From Candidatus Latescibacterota bacterium (GTDB lineage: Bacteria > Latescibacterota > UBA2968 > UBA8231), in assembly GCA_965248265.1 (NCBI GenBank), contig CBDFJF010000001.1:992001-1056000 (forward strand): a DNA stretch of 64,000 bases, read 5' to 3'. A model generated the notes under the pieces. The model was not told the DNA's origin. It was given only the letters and a program-made list of their open reading frames with translations, and made no database searches. Below are positions 10,032-18,162 of the stretch, one piece after another; position 1 is the first letter of the stretch, and each line of letters starts with the position of its first letter. The position numbers and the translations under genes were made by a program.

Positions 10032-12740
10032 TTGGCCGCGCAAGAGCTGACGAGGAAACAACGGGCCAGGCTCGAACGGGAATGGCAGGAGGTCAAGGAA
10101 TACCGCGATCTGCTGCAGCCTCCCGACGGCTTCGACGAAGGCTTCACCATGCGGACGATCATCGGGGTGCTGTTCATCTCGCTGATCATGACGCCGGGAG
10201 AAATGTACCTGGGCCTGGTGACGGGCGGGGGCATCGGGGCCGCGGCCCAGTGGGTGACCGTCATCCTGTTCCTGGAGGTGGCCAAGCGCTCGTTCACCTC
10301 GCTCAAGCGACAGGAAATCTACCTGCTCGTCTACGTCGCCGGGGCGCTTGTGGCGCGCGAAGAGGGCGCCTTCCTCGATCTGCTGTGGCGGCAGTACTTC
10401 GTGCGCTCTCCCGAGGCCGAGCAGTTCGGCGTGGCCGAGATCCTCCCGTTCTGGTGGGCACCCGGACCCACTTCCGAGGCTCTCGAGCTACGCACCTTCA
10501 TTCACCCCGACTGGGCATGGCCGATCGGCCTCCTCGTCCTCGGCACCATCGTCGGGCGCATATCCTGGTTCACCTCCGGGTACGTGCTGTTCCGACTCAC
10601 TTCGGACCGCGAGCAGCTGCCGTTCCCGACCGCACCCATGTCGGCGCTGGGATCGATGGCCCTGGCCGAGGAGAGCGGCGATGAGAAGGAGACCTGGAAG
10701 TGGCCGATCTTCAGCGTCGGGGCCGTCATCGGCGGGGCCTTCGGCGTTCTCTACGTCGGCATCCCGACGTTGACGGAGGTCTTGGGCCAGCGAATCGAGC
10801 TGATCCCCATTCCCTTCGCCGATTTCACGCCCTATCTCGGTCACTTCCTACCGGCTACGCCCTTGGGTATCACGCTCCATCTGGGACCCATTTTCGCCGG
10901 CCTGCTCATGCCGTTCTGGGCGGTGATCGGTTCTTTCTCCGGCGTCGTCGTCCACACGCTTGTGAGTCCCCTGCTCTACGATCTGGGTCTGCTGCCACGC
11001 TGGGTTCTGGGCATGGACACGATCAACACCCAGATCGCCACCGGCATCGATTTCTGGAGGGCGTTCGGGATCGGCATCACCCTGGCCGTCACCTTCATCA
11101 GCTTCTATCAGCTGTGGGCCACCCTGGGCCGGCAGAAGGGGCAGATCAAGGAGTACTTCGGCGGCGATGGAGACGGCGAGAAGCAGTATCCGGCCACCTG
11201 TCGGCACGAAGGGTGCAACCATCCCTCGGAAGTGCGGGGGTACTGCATTAGACACCTGGGCCGGGGCGATTTCAACATCTGGATCTGCATCGGCCTCTTC
11301 AGTGTCGCCGCTATCTACCCGATCCTGCTCGCCAAGACTCTGTTCCCGAGCCTCGTCGGCGTCGGTCTGCTGGTCACCTTCGCCCTGATCGCCTTCGTCT
11401 ACGCCCCGATCATGTCCTTCGTCAGCGCCCGCCTCGACGGCCTCATCGGGCGCGAGGTGGCCATCCCCTACATCAACGAAGCCATCATCTTCCTGACCGG
11501 GTACCGGGGCGTCGACGTCTGGTTCGTGCCCTTTCCGACCCGCAATTTCGGCGGCCACGCCGAGGGCTTCCGCGTCGTCGAGCTGGTCGGTATGCGCTTC
11601 ACCAGTCTGCTCAAGGCCGAAATCTTCATGCTGCCGATCGTCCTCGGCGTCAGCCTGATGTACTGGACCTTCCTGTGGCAGCTGGCGCCGATTCCGTCCG
11701 AGAGCTATCCATACGCCCAGCGCATGTGGCCGCTGCGCGCCTTCGAACAAGCCCTGTTCTATTCCAGCACCATGTACAACACAATGTGGCGGGCCGGGGA
11801 GAGCGTCGACGACGGCGCTGTTCTGGATCACGGACAGGTCGCCTGGAGCCCGAGCAATCTGCAGGACGGTCACTGGTGGTACTGGCGCGCGCGCGCGACC
11901 CGGGAGCACAACATCCCCAACGAACTCAAGAGGGAGTACGGCCCATGGTCGGAGATGGGCTATTTCTACACCGACTTCAAGGGCGGCAACCCCCCTCGCG
12001 CCGGGCCAGATCTGGAGGGGCTCGAGCGGCTCGAGCGGCGAGCGCGAGCCGCCACCGGACGCGCCCGGCACTCGCGAGCACTCAAACCGCCCCCGGCCCC
12101 ACAACTGGCGTGGCCTCCCGTCGGGGCGGTCCTGCATGGAAGCGAGGCGATGAATCCGAACCTGCGCGCGGTCCTGCACTTGGCGGCGGCGGACTCCGTC
12201 GAGTTCTACGTCGAGATCGACCGGCTGCCGACCTTCGACGGGACGTTCTTACAAAAGTCGTCCGACGTACCGTTGATGTATGCGGTATTGTGGGAGGATG
12301 TGAAATACACGGGAGATGGCAAGGACGACGATGGTGACGGCCGCGTCGACGAGGAGGTCAAGAACGGCCGCGACGACGACGGCGACGGGGCCGTTGACGA
12401 GGACATCCATCATCCGTTGCAGGGCAAAAAGTGGAAGATCATCCTGATCGGCACCGGGTTCGGACTCGTGGCCTACTTCGCCCTCGCCGCCTTCGGCATG
12501 CCGATATTCCTGATTTGGGGGTACGTCCAGAGCGTCAACGGCATTCCCCACGCGTTGCTGCCGCAGATCATCGGTGCCCTGTTTGGCCGCTTCTACTTCT
12601 GGAAGCGATACGGAAAGCAGCAGTGGCGGCGATACGCCATGGTGCTGAGCGTCGGCTTCGGCGTCGGCATGGCGCTGGTCGGGATGTTCTGCGCCGCTCT
12701 GGCGATGGTGAGCAAGGCCGTGTCATCGCTCACCTATTGA
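10032..12740 (+). CDS. OPT-superfamily-like peptide transporter with large soluble inserts
   Basis: GFTMRTIIG, QWVTVILFLEVAKR, EQLPFPTAP, APIPSESYPYAQRMWP; many TM helices; starts 7 nt after the upstream stop. Confidence 0.8.
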   Translation: MAAQELTRKQRARLEREWQEVKEYRDLLQPPDGFDEGFTMRTIIGVLFISLIMTPGEMYLGLVTGGGIGAAAQWVTVILFLEVAKRSFTSLKRQEIYLLVYVAGALVAREEGAFLDLLWRQYFVRSPEAEQFGVAEILPFWWAPGPTSEALELRTFIHPDWAWPIGLLVLGTIVGRISWFTSGYVLFRLTSDREQLPFPTAPMSALGSMALAEESGDEKETWKWPIFSVGAVIGGAFGVLYVGIPTLTEVLGQRIELIPIPFADFTPYLGHFLPATPLGITLHLGPIFAGLLMPFWAVIGSFSGVVVHTLVSPLLYDLGLLPRWVLGMDTINTQIATGIDFWRAFGIGITLAVTFISFYQLWATLGRQKGQIKEYFGGDGDGEKQYPATCRHEGCNHPSEVRGYCIRHLGRGDFNIWICIGLFSVAAIYPILLAKTLFPSLVGVGLLVTFALIAFVYAPIMSFVSARLDGLIGREVAIPYINEAIIFLTGYRGVDVWFVPFPTRNFGGHAEGFRVVELVGMRFTSLLKAEIFMLPIVLGVSLMYWTFLWQLAPIPSESYPYAQRMWPLRAFEQALFYSSTMYNTMWRAGESVDDGAVLDHGQVAWSPSNLQDGHWWYWRARATREHNIPNELKREYGPWSEMGYFYTDFKGGNPPRAGPDLEGLERLERRARAATGRARHSRALKPPPAPQLAWPPVGAVLHGSEAMNPNLRAVLHLAAADSVEFYVEIDRLPTFDGTFLQKSSDVPLMYAVLWEDVKYTGDGKDDDGDGRVDEEVKNGRDDDGDGAVDEDIHHPLQGKKWKIILIGTGFGLVAYFALAAFGMPIFLIWGYVQSVNGIPHALLPQIIGALFGRFYFWKRYGKQQWRRYAMVLSVGFGVGMALVGMFCAALAMVSKAVSSLTY

Positions 12741-12890
12741 GAAAAGCAAGCGGCGAGCCCCAGCGGAGTCGAACGGTACTCCTCATCGATCGGATCGATC
12801 TCAGCACGTGAGTCGCGGTCGAATAGGAATCGTTTCGATAAAGTCTGATGTTCGGGGTGGTAACCCAAGAACCGAAACTGAGTGGCGTGT

Positions 12891-12955
12891 ATCCGGGTCT
12901 GGATATTGTTTTAAGTGCATTTTGTTACGTATACAACCAGTTTATCTGACATGAC
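12891..12955 (+). repeat. Dispersed repeat, copy A (possible right half of an attC-like element)
   Basis: ATCCGGGTCT and an exact 21-mer TTGTTACGTATACAACCAGTT (12922-12942) shared with 37521-37585. Confidence 0.75.
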
Positions 12956-13009
12956 TTTGTGACGGCTTTCATGTAGATTACGAGCAATGGCCGCAAAGGA
13001 GCTACCACA

Positions 13010-13222
13010 ATTAAGTACCGAGTTGTCGTGGAAGTAGATGAAGACGGTGTGTTTGTTGCCGAGGTCCCTGTCTTGCCTGGATGCATCTCTCAGGGCGCTT
13101 CGCGAGACGCGGCTCTCGCCAACATCCGGGAGGCTATCTCCCTTTACATTGAGAGTCTTGAGAAACGTGGCGAACCGGTTCCTCCACCCATTAGTGAGGA
13201 AATCGTCGAGGTCGGTAATTGA
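13010..13222 (+). CDS. hicB: HicB-family antitoxin (orphan), likely ATT start
   Basis: KYRVVVEVDEDGVFVAEVPVLPGCISQG..EAISLYIE; SD AAGGAG precedes ATT at 13010. Confidence 0.8.
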   Translation: MKYRVVVEVDEDGVFVAEVPVLPGCISQGASRDAALANIREAISLYIESLEKRGEPVPPPISEEIVEVGN

Positions 13223-14243
13223 AATCAAGGCGATCGCGCAACTCAAGGACACCATCAGGTAGGGGATAGGCAACGAATACTATTTCCGAATGCTGCGTTG
13301 TGTTGACCTCGAAGGCGACGAGCACGATCGTGTCGCCTGGATCCACCGCTTCGTCAATCTCCGGATCGGCCAGAAACGCGAAATCGCCCACCGTTGTTGG
13401 AAGAATCGTCTCCCAGGCGCTCTGCAAGTCAGATAGTATGTCGCGAACTACCGGCTCCATCCGGGCCCGCTCATCAGAGGTCAACGAGTAATCCTGATTT
13501 GCGCCCTTCCCCAACATAGAGAAGACCAATGGCATGGCCACATCGAGCACCGAACGGCTTCGCATCGTGCTTATGCTGAAGGTGCACAGACATCCGGTTC
13601 GCGGCAGCGATCGGACATGTTGGATGTACTCGAGATAGGTCGTCTGGTCGATAAAGCGCGTGTCACACATAGCCGTATCGCCCAGGTGGTGCGAAAGAGT
13701 TTTTGCGAGCAGAGGTGCGTATGCGTCGTGCAGAAGCTCCATGGTGAACAGCTGGGGGCTACTTAGCTTGGTCCAGCCGGCGGCCGGCTCAAAGGTTTCG
13801 ACTAACCTAGGCCAACTGTTGAATCCGTATTCCCGTGCTAACACGAACTGGGCATCGTTGAGAGTGAACTCGCCACCGCGGCTCATGCCGGCCCTCTCGG
13901 TCGCCTCCTCATCGCCGGCTCGGTAAGCCCTGAGTAGCTTCTTGGCCTGTTTCTTCAAATGCTCCAGGCTGGCACCGCCTCGCAGCAACTTGTGCCCCCA
14001 GCCTGCTTCCTGCACTGAATGCCAACTCTCGAATCCGTGTTCGCGCGATGCGACCTCGAGCGTATCTGTGACGTTGCCGGAGGCGAGAATCTCGCCATCC
14101 GAGGCATGTGCGAAACGGGGCGACAACTGCCGAACGCGCGGGCAAACGGTCTGGTCACCGCGTAGCAGCGCTTGCAGGATTACACGAGCATCCCGACGGA
14201 TCTGGCCGATGTCGGGCTTGGACGGGGATTGTGACTTGGACAT
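13191..14243 (-). CDS. Protein with a duplicated LKKQAK..AREYGF.SW helical domain fused to a FliM/CheC-like domain
   Basis: Repeats IRRDAR..SREHGFESW and LKKQAKKLL..AREYGFNSW; C-terminal IDQTTYLEYI, LVFSMLG, ILSDLQSAWETI, IVLVAFEV, VAYP resemble the FliM middle domain. Confidence 0.7.
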   Translation of the reverse strand: MSKSQSPSKPDIGQIRRDARVILQALLRGDQTVCPRVRQLSPRFAHASDGEILASGNVTDTLEVASREHGFESWHSVQEAGWGHKLLRGGASLEHLKKQAKKLLRAYRAGDEEATERAGMSRGGEFTLNDAQFVLAREYGFNSWPRLVETFEPAAGWTKLSSPQLFTMELLHDAYAPLLAKTLSHHLGDTAMCDTRFIDQTTYLEYIQHVRSLPRTGCLCTFSISTMRSRSVLDVAMPLVFSMLGKGANQDYSLTSDERARMEPVVRDILSDLQSAWETILPTTVGDFAFLADPEIDEAVDPGDTIVLVAFEVNTTQHSEIVFVAYPLPDGVLELRDRLDFNYRPRRFPH

Positions 14244-14367
14244 GAGAACCCTCTCTCCGTGATGCGCCTGGTGCCCGCCCGATCAGGCTGAAAGAAGGTC
14301 TATGTATTTGGTAGGCTGAAGGTGGGTTGAACCCTTACCGCGGGCCGGAGGCTTCCTTCGAAGCGCG
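14244..14367 (-). promoter_or_regulatory. Candidate structured 5' leader RNA
   Basis: Nested pairings CTCCG/CGGAG (overlapping the SD) and GCCCGC/GCGGGC; hairpins GCTTC-GAAG-GAAGC and GGT..GGGTTCAACCC..ACC. Confidence 0.5.
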
Positions 14368-14557
14368 TATTACCATGTTAATCCGGGATGGGGCAAAATG
14401 CAAGCACTCGATCCGATGGAATGTGGGGCATCGGTGGACTCCGTAGGCACGACCTGGCTGATTGGAGCTGGCGCGAACATTCATTTGATGTTCGTCTTTC
14501 GATTGGCTACAATGCCCTGCACAGTTGCTCCACGCTGACACGGAACGGAGGACAGCC

Positions 14558-15388
14558 ATGATCAAGCTGGGATGGTCCACTCGGGCCCCCGAGCCATCCG
14601 GATATTTGACGCAGATCGAGTTCGCCCGGGAGCTGGGGCTCGACATCATAGATTTCCACCTCCAGGGCATACCGGACGACCCGGCGTTCCTGCTCGGTCT
14701 CAAGATGAATTGTCTGAAGGCCGGGTTGCCGATCGGATATCTGGGCGCTGGGAGTCTTGCGGGGCCCGTCGAGCTGAAAGAAGAGCGGCTGGTCAAAGCC
14801 AGGGCAGATGTCGACACCGCCTCCTTTCTCGGTGCGCAAATCGTGCGCGTGTTCGCGAGAGGCAAATGGCCGGATGACCCAAAAGAGCAGGAAGCCGTCT
14901 GGAGTCCGATGATCGAGTCCTTCCAGGAGCTGTGCGACTACGCGGCCGACAGAGGCGTCGTGCTGGGGCTCCAGAACCACAACCACGGTGGCTGCGCCAT
15001 GAACGCCGATCTCGTGTTGCGGATTCTGGCGGACACCGACCGCGACAACTTGACCTTCATCATGGACACGGGCCAATGGCAAGGATCACCGGGAGGGTCG
15101 CCGCGAGGCTGGATGGACATCACCGTCGACATCTACCGCGACTACATCGAACGAACCGCCCCGAAAGCCGCCAGCGTGCGGGCCAAGATCTACAAGATCG
15201 ACGCCGGACGTGAAGAGTGGCTGGACTACCCTCGAATCATCCGGATCCTGCAGGCGGCCGGGTTCAACGGCAATATTTCGATCTGCTTCGAAGGGGGCGC
15301 CCCGCCCCGCAATCGTTGCGACTCCGAGGAGTGCATCCGGCTGGCGGCGCATCATCTGCGCGAAGTGATCGCCGACGTCTACGGGTGA
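14558..15388 (+). CDS. Sugar phosphate isomerase/epimerase (xylose-isomerase-like TIM barrel)
   Basis: LGAQIVRVF, LGLQNHNH, MDTGQW, LDYPRII..GFNGNISICFEG; SD GGAGG. Confidence 0.85.
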   Translation: MIKLGWSTRAPEPSGYLTQIEFARELGLDIIDFHLQGIPDDPAFLLGLKMNCLKAGLPIGYLGAGSLAGPVELKEERLVKARADVDTASFLGAQIVRVFARGKWPDDPKEQEAVWSPMIESFQELCDYAADRGVVLGLQNHNHGGCAMNADLVLRILADTDRDNLTFIMDTGQWQGSPGGSPRGWMDITVDIYRDYIERTAPKAASVRAKIYKIDAGREEWLDYPRIIRILQAAGFNGNISICFEGGAPPRNRCDSEECIRLAAHHLREVIADVYG

Positions 15389-15412
15389 GCCCGGTCAGCC
15401 AACACCACACTC

Positions 15413-16768
15413 GTGGCCGCAGTCTTAGCAATGCACCTCATCTCGGAACAGGGCAGCGAGCGGGCTACTTGCGATTACGGTAAAGTCGTCACCTTCAACG
15501 GCAAGACGCACGTGGTCTGGCAGGACGTTACCCGCGCGGGGTATCTGAACCGCGTGCGTTGCTACGACCATGCGGCAGACGAGTGGTCGGGGCCAGTGAC
15601 GCTCGGAGCCGGCCGGGACAACCACGCCCGCGCGGTGATGACGATGGATCACGAAGGCTACTTGCACGTGATTCTCGGCGGCCACGGTTCACCCGTGGAC
15701 TGGTGCTGCTCGGTGAAGCCGCAGGACAGCTCTCGATGGACCGAGCCGCAGACCATAGCTGCTGGCACCTATCCGGTCTTCATCTGCGACAGGGACAACA
15801 CCCTCTACCTGACAGTGCGCTACCAGGCTCCCGGCGAGCGCGATCTGGGCGTGGATCTCTATGCAAAGCCGCAGGATGGGCCCTGGGTAAAGAGGGGGCG
15901 CATCATCCGCCGCGCGGATGAGTACTACAAAACCTACGCCGCCTACCACATGCAGATGGTTGTCGCCTCGGGGGGTACGTTGCATGCTGTCATCGACTTT
16001 TACGAAGGCTGTGACTCGGATGGGGGCCGCGGCCTGCATCAGGCCGTCTGTTACGCCGCCAGCGACGACGGCGGGTTGACCTGGCGACGTGCCGACGGCA
16101 CGCCGGTGAAGACACCGGCTCGCCCAGAAGATCTGGACACCTTCGCGAGGAGCATCGAGCCGCGCCACGAGAAGCTGCCCCGGCCCGAGATCAGCCAGGG
16201 CGGCATCGTCGTCGATTCGAGCGGCCGGCCGTACGTCCTTTATTTGAGTCACAGCGAGCGACCGGGACAGTTGATCTTCGCCACCGTCGACGAGGCTGGC
16301 ACCTGGCAGCGCCGCACGATTTCCGCAATGGAAGACACCTGGCCTGACATGCGCGTCACCGAGTGTCGGACCGCGATGAGGAGCGATGACGCAATCTGCG
16401 CGCTCATCACCCTGACGCCACTCGACGATGATTGGAAAGACGGCAAGCCCACGCGCGCCATGCACATGAATGAGCGCGCCGACCAGCGTCTCGCGTGGCT
16501 GCTTTCGTCAGACGCGGGGGGAAGCTTCTCAGTCCACAGTGTCCTCGAACCAGGGACGACCTTCAACTGCCCCAGCGTCGAGAAGTCCATGGGCGCCAAC
16601 ATCATCCCGGCCGATCGTATGCCGGGCATCCTCTACTTCGACGGCAGTCAGGGATATCCAGGCGGCGGAGACTATTACGACCGGAGCAAGACCGTTGCCC
16701 AGATTCTTGAAAGCGGCGCTTTTCAGCAAACCAGGGTATTCCTGACCTCTCAGGATTCGGAAGTTTGA
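15413..16768 (+). CDS. BNR-4 repeat / sialidase-like propeller protein
   Basis: DNHARAVMTMDHEGYLHVILGGHG; Asp-boxes SDDGGLTW and SSDAGGSF. Confidence 0.8.
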   Translation: MAAVLAMHLISEQGSERATCDYGKVVTFNGKTHVVWQDVTRAGYLNRVRCYDHAADEWSGPVTLGAGRDNHARAVMTMDHEGYLHVILGGHGSPVDWCCSVKPQDSSRWTEPQTIAAGTYPVFICDRDNTLYLTVRYQAPGERDLGVDLYAKPQDGPWVKRGRIIRRADEYYKTYAAYHMQMVVASGGTLHAVIDFYEGCDSDGGRGLHQAVCYAASDDGGLTWRRADGTPVKTPARPEDLDTFARSIEPRHEKLPRPEISQGGIVVDSSGRPYVLYLSHSERPGQLIFATVDEAGTWQRRTISAMEDTWPDMRVTECRTAMRSDDAICALITLTPLDDDWKDGKPTRAMHMNERADQRLAWLLSSDAGGSFSVHSVLEPGTTFNCPSVEKSMGANIIPADRMPGILYFDGSQGYPGGGDYYDRSKTVAQILESGAFQQTRVFLTSQDSEV

Positions 16769-16828
16769 GAGGACGTAGCGATGAAACAACCCTAGTGGCT
16801 GCCCACCGTAATGAAGGAGTGTGCACAA

Positions 16829-17230
16829 ATGCCGGAATCGAACAGCCTGTCCCCTATCCATCAGGAAACTGGCGCGGGCTGGAACATAGTGGCCAAGTCG
16901 AAGTACAGGAACGAATTGCCCGAACGAGTCGACGCGCTCAAGAAAGACAACCCTGAGCAGCTGTGGCCCGCTGAGCAACGCAATCAGCTGCGCTCGCTAT
17001 GCCAACGCTGTCGTTGCGCCATCCATCTCCAGTGTGCCAACGGGTACGACACACTCTTCCTGTGGCGTTTCGGGGCTGGTGACGTAGTCGGAATAACCCT
17101 CTATCTGATGGAGGGCCATCCCCTGAGCTTCTTGTGGGACATCGAAGGTGACGATTACAGACTCGCCCCTGGACCGAGCTATTGCGAGGGAGGCGTAGTT
17201 GAGGATCGGGGTACCCCTCCACTGACGTAG
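16829..17230 (+). CDS. Hypothetical protein
   Basis: AAGGAG SD before ATG 16829; no motif recognised. Confidence 0.5.
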   Translation: MPESNSLSPIHQETGAGWNIVAKSKYRNELPERVDALKKDNPEQLWPAEQRNQLRSLCQRCRCAIHLQCANGYDTLFLWRFGAGDVVGITLYLMEGHPLSFLWDIEGDDYRLAPGPSYCEGGVVEDRGTPPLT

Positions 17231-17539
17231 CCAGGCGAACAGAGCCCACATCGCGCCCCCGTCATGCGTGAACGCATCTGGCCGCTCGGGGATGTTATTA
17301 ATCCATTGATTGAGGCTGGCCTTGTGCTGAAGCACTTCGCCGAGGGCAACGATCCTGGCTGGGACCTGTTCCCTAACATGCCCAAGGAGACACTCCACCG
17401 TCTGCCACACACATACACCCTACTCGCAGAGAAGCCGCGGTGATCTGCCTGGTGCCCGGTGACCCGCGGATCTACAGACCGATGCTCAGGTAACCCGAGG
17501 CACCGCTTGTGGAGCACGTCCCCATACGTATATTACATG

Positions 17540-17552
17540 GTATCCCGGATAC
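17540..17552. promoter_or_regulatory. Palindromic operator of higBA
   Basis: GTATCC-C-GGATAC, 9 nt before the higB start. Confidence 0.55.
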
Positions 17553-17561
17553 TGTGAATTC

Positions 17562-17852
17562 ATGATAGCATCATTTGGCGACAGTCCAACTGCGGATCTG
17601 TTTCACGGCCGGTCTACAGCTCGTGTTCGTCGCCTGCCGCAGGACATTGTCGCTCACGCATTGGACAAACTAGATGTGTTGAACGCTGCCCATGATATAC
17701 GCGACTTGAGATCGCCACCGGGTAACCGTCTGGAGGCTCTTCGTGGCGATATGCGTGGATTTCACAGCATCCGAGTCAATATCCAATGGCGTATCGTATT
17801 TCGCTGGTCTGGAGGTGCTGCTCATGATGTTCGCCTTGTTGACTACCACTGA
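17562..17852 (+). CDS. higB: HigB-type RelE/ParE toxin
   Basis: DLRSPPGNRLEALRGD..HSIRVNIQWRIVFRW..VDYH. Confidence 0.92.
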   Translation: MIASFGDSPTADLFHGRSTARVRRLPQDIVAHALDKLDVLNAAHDIRDLRSPPGNRLEALRGDMRGFHSIRVNIQWRIVFRWSGGAAHDVRLVDYH

Positions 17853-17869
17853 TTCTTGGAGAGTTCGCT

Positions 17870-18157
17870 ATGCTACCAGAAAACCGAATCCCAGCTCACC
17901 CGGGCGAAATCTTGAACCGCGAGTTTCTCGCTCCACTCGAAATCACCCAGGTAGCATTCGCCAAACACGTCGGTGTGCCCACTCAGCGAATTAATGAAAT
18001 CGTACGCGGCAAACGCGGCGTCACTCCGGAGACTGCTTGGCTCTTCGCCCAGGCCCTCGACACCACGCCTGAGTTCTGGCTCAATCTCCAATCATTTCAT
18101 GATCTAGCTAGGACCCAGCCCAAATCTGGAGTCCGGAAACTCCGAAGGGCCGGATAG
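17870..18157 (+). CDS. higA: HigA antitoxin (XRE HTH)
   Basis: HPGEILNREFL, RINEIVRGKRGVTPETA, TTPEFWLNLQ. Confidence 0.92.
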   Translation: MLPENRIPAHPGEILNREFLAPLEITQVAFAKHVGVPTQRINEIVRGKRGVTPETAWLFAQALDTTPEFWLNLQSFHDLARTQPKSGVRKLRRAG

Positions 18158-18162
18158 TATGC

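Noticed and set aside
10848-12179. 443-aa minus-strand ORF, and similar long antisense ORFs at 30929, 33942, 37743 and 57211
   Set aside because: Shadows of high-GC coding genes on the opposite strand, with no motifs.
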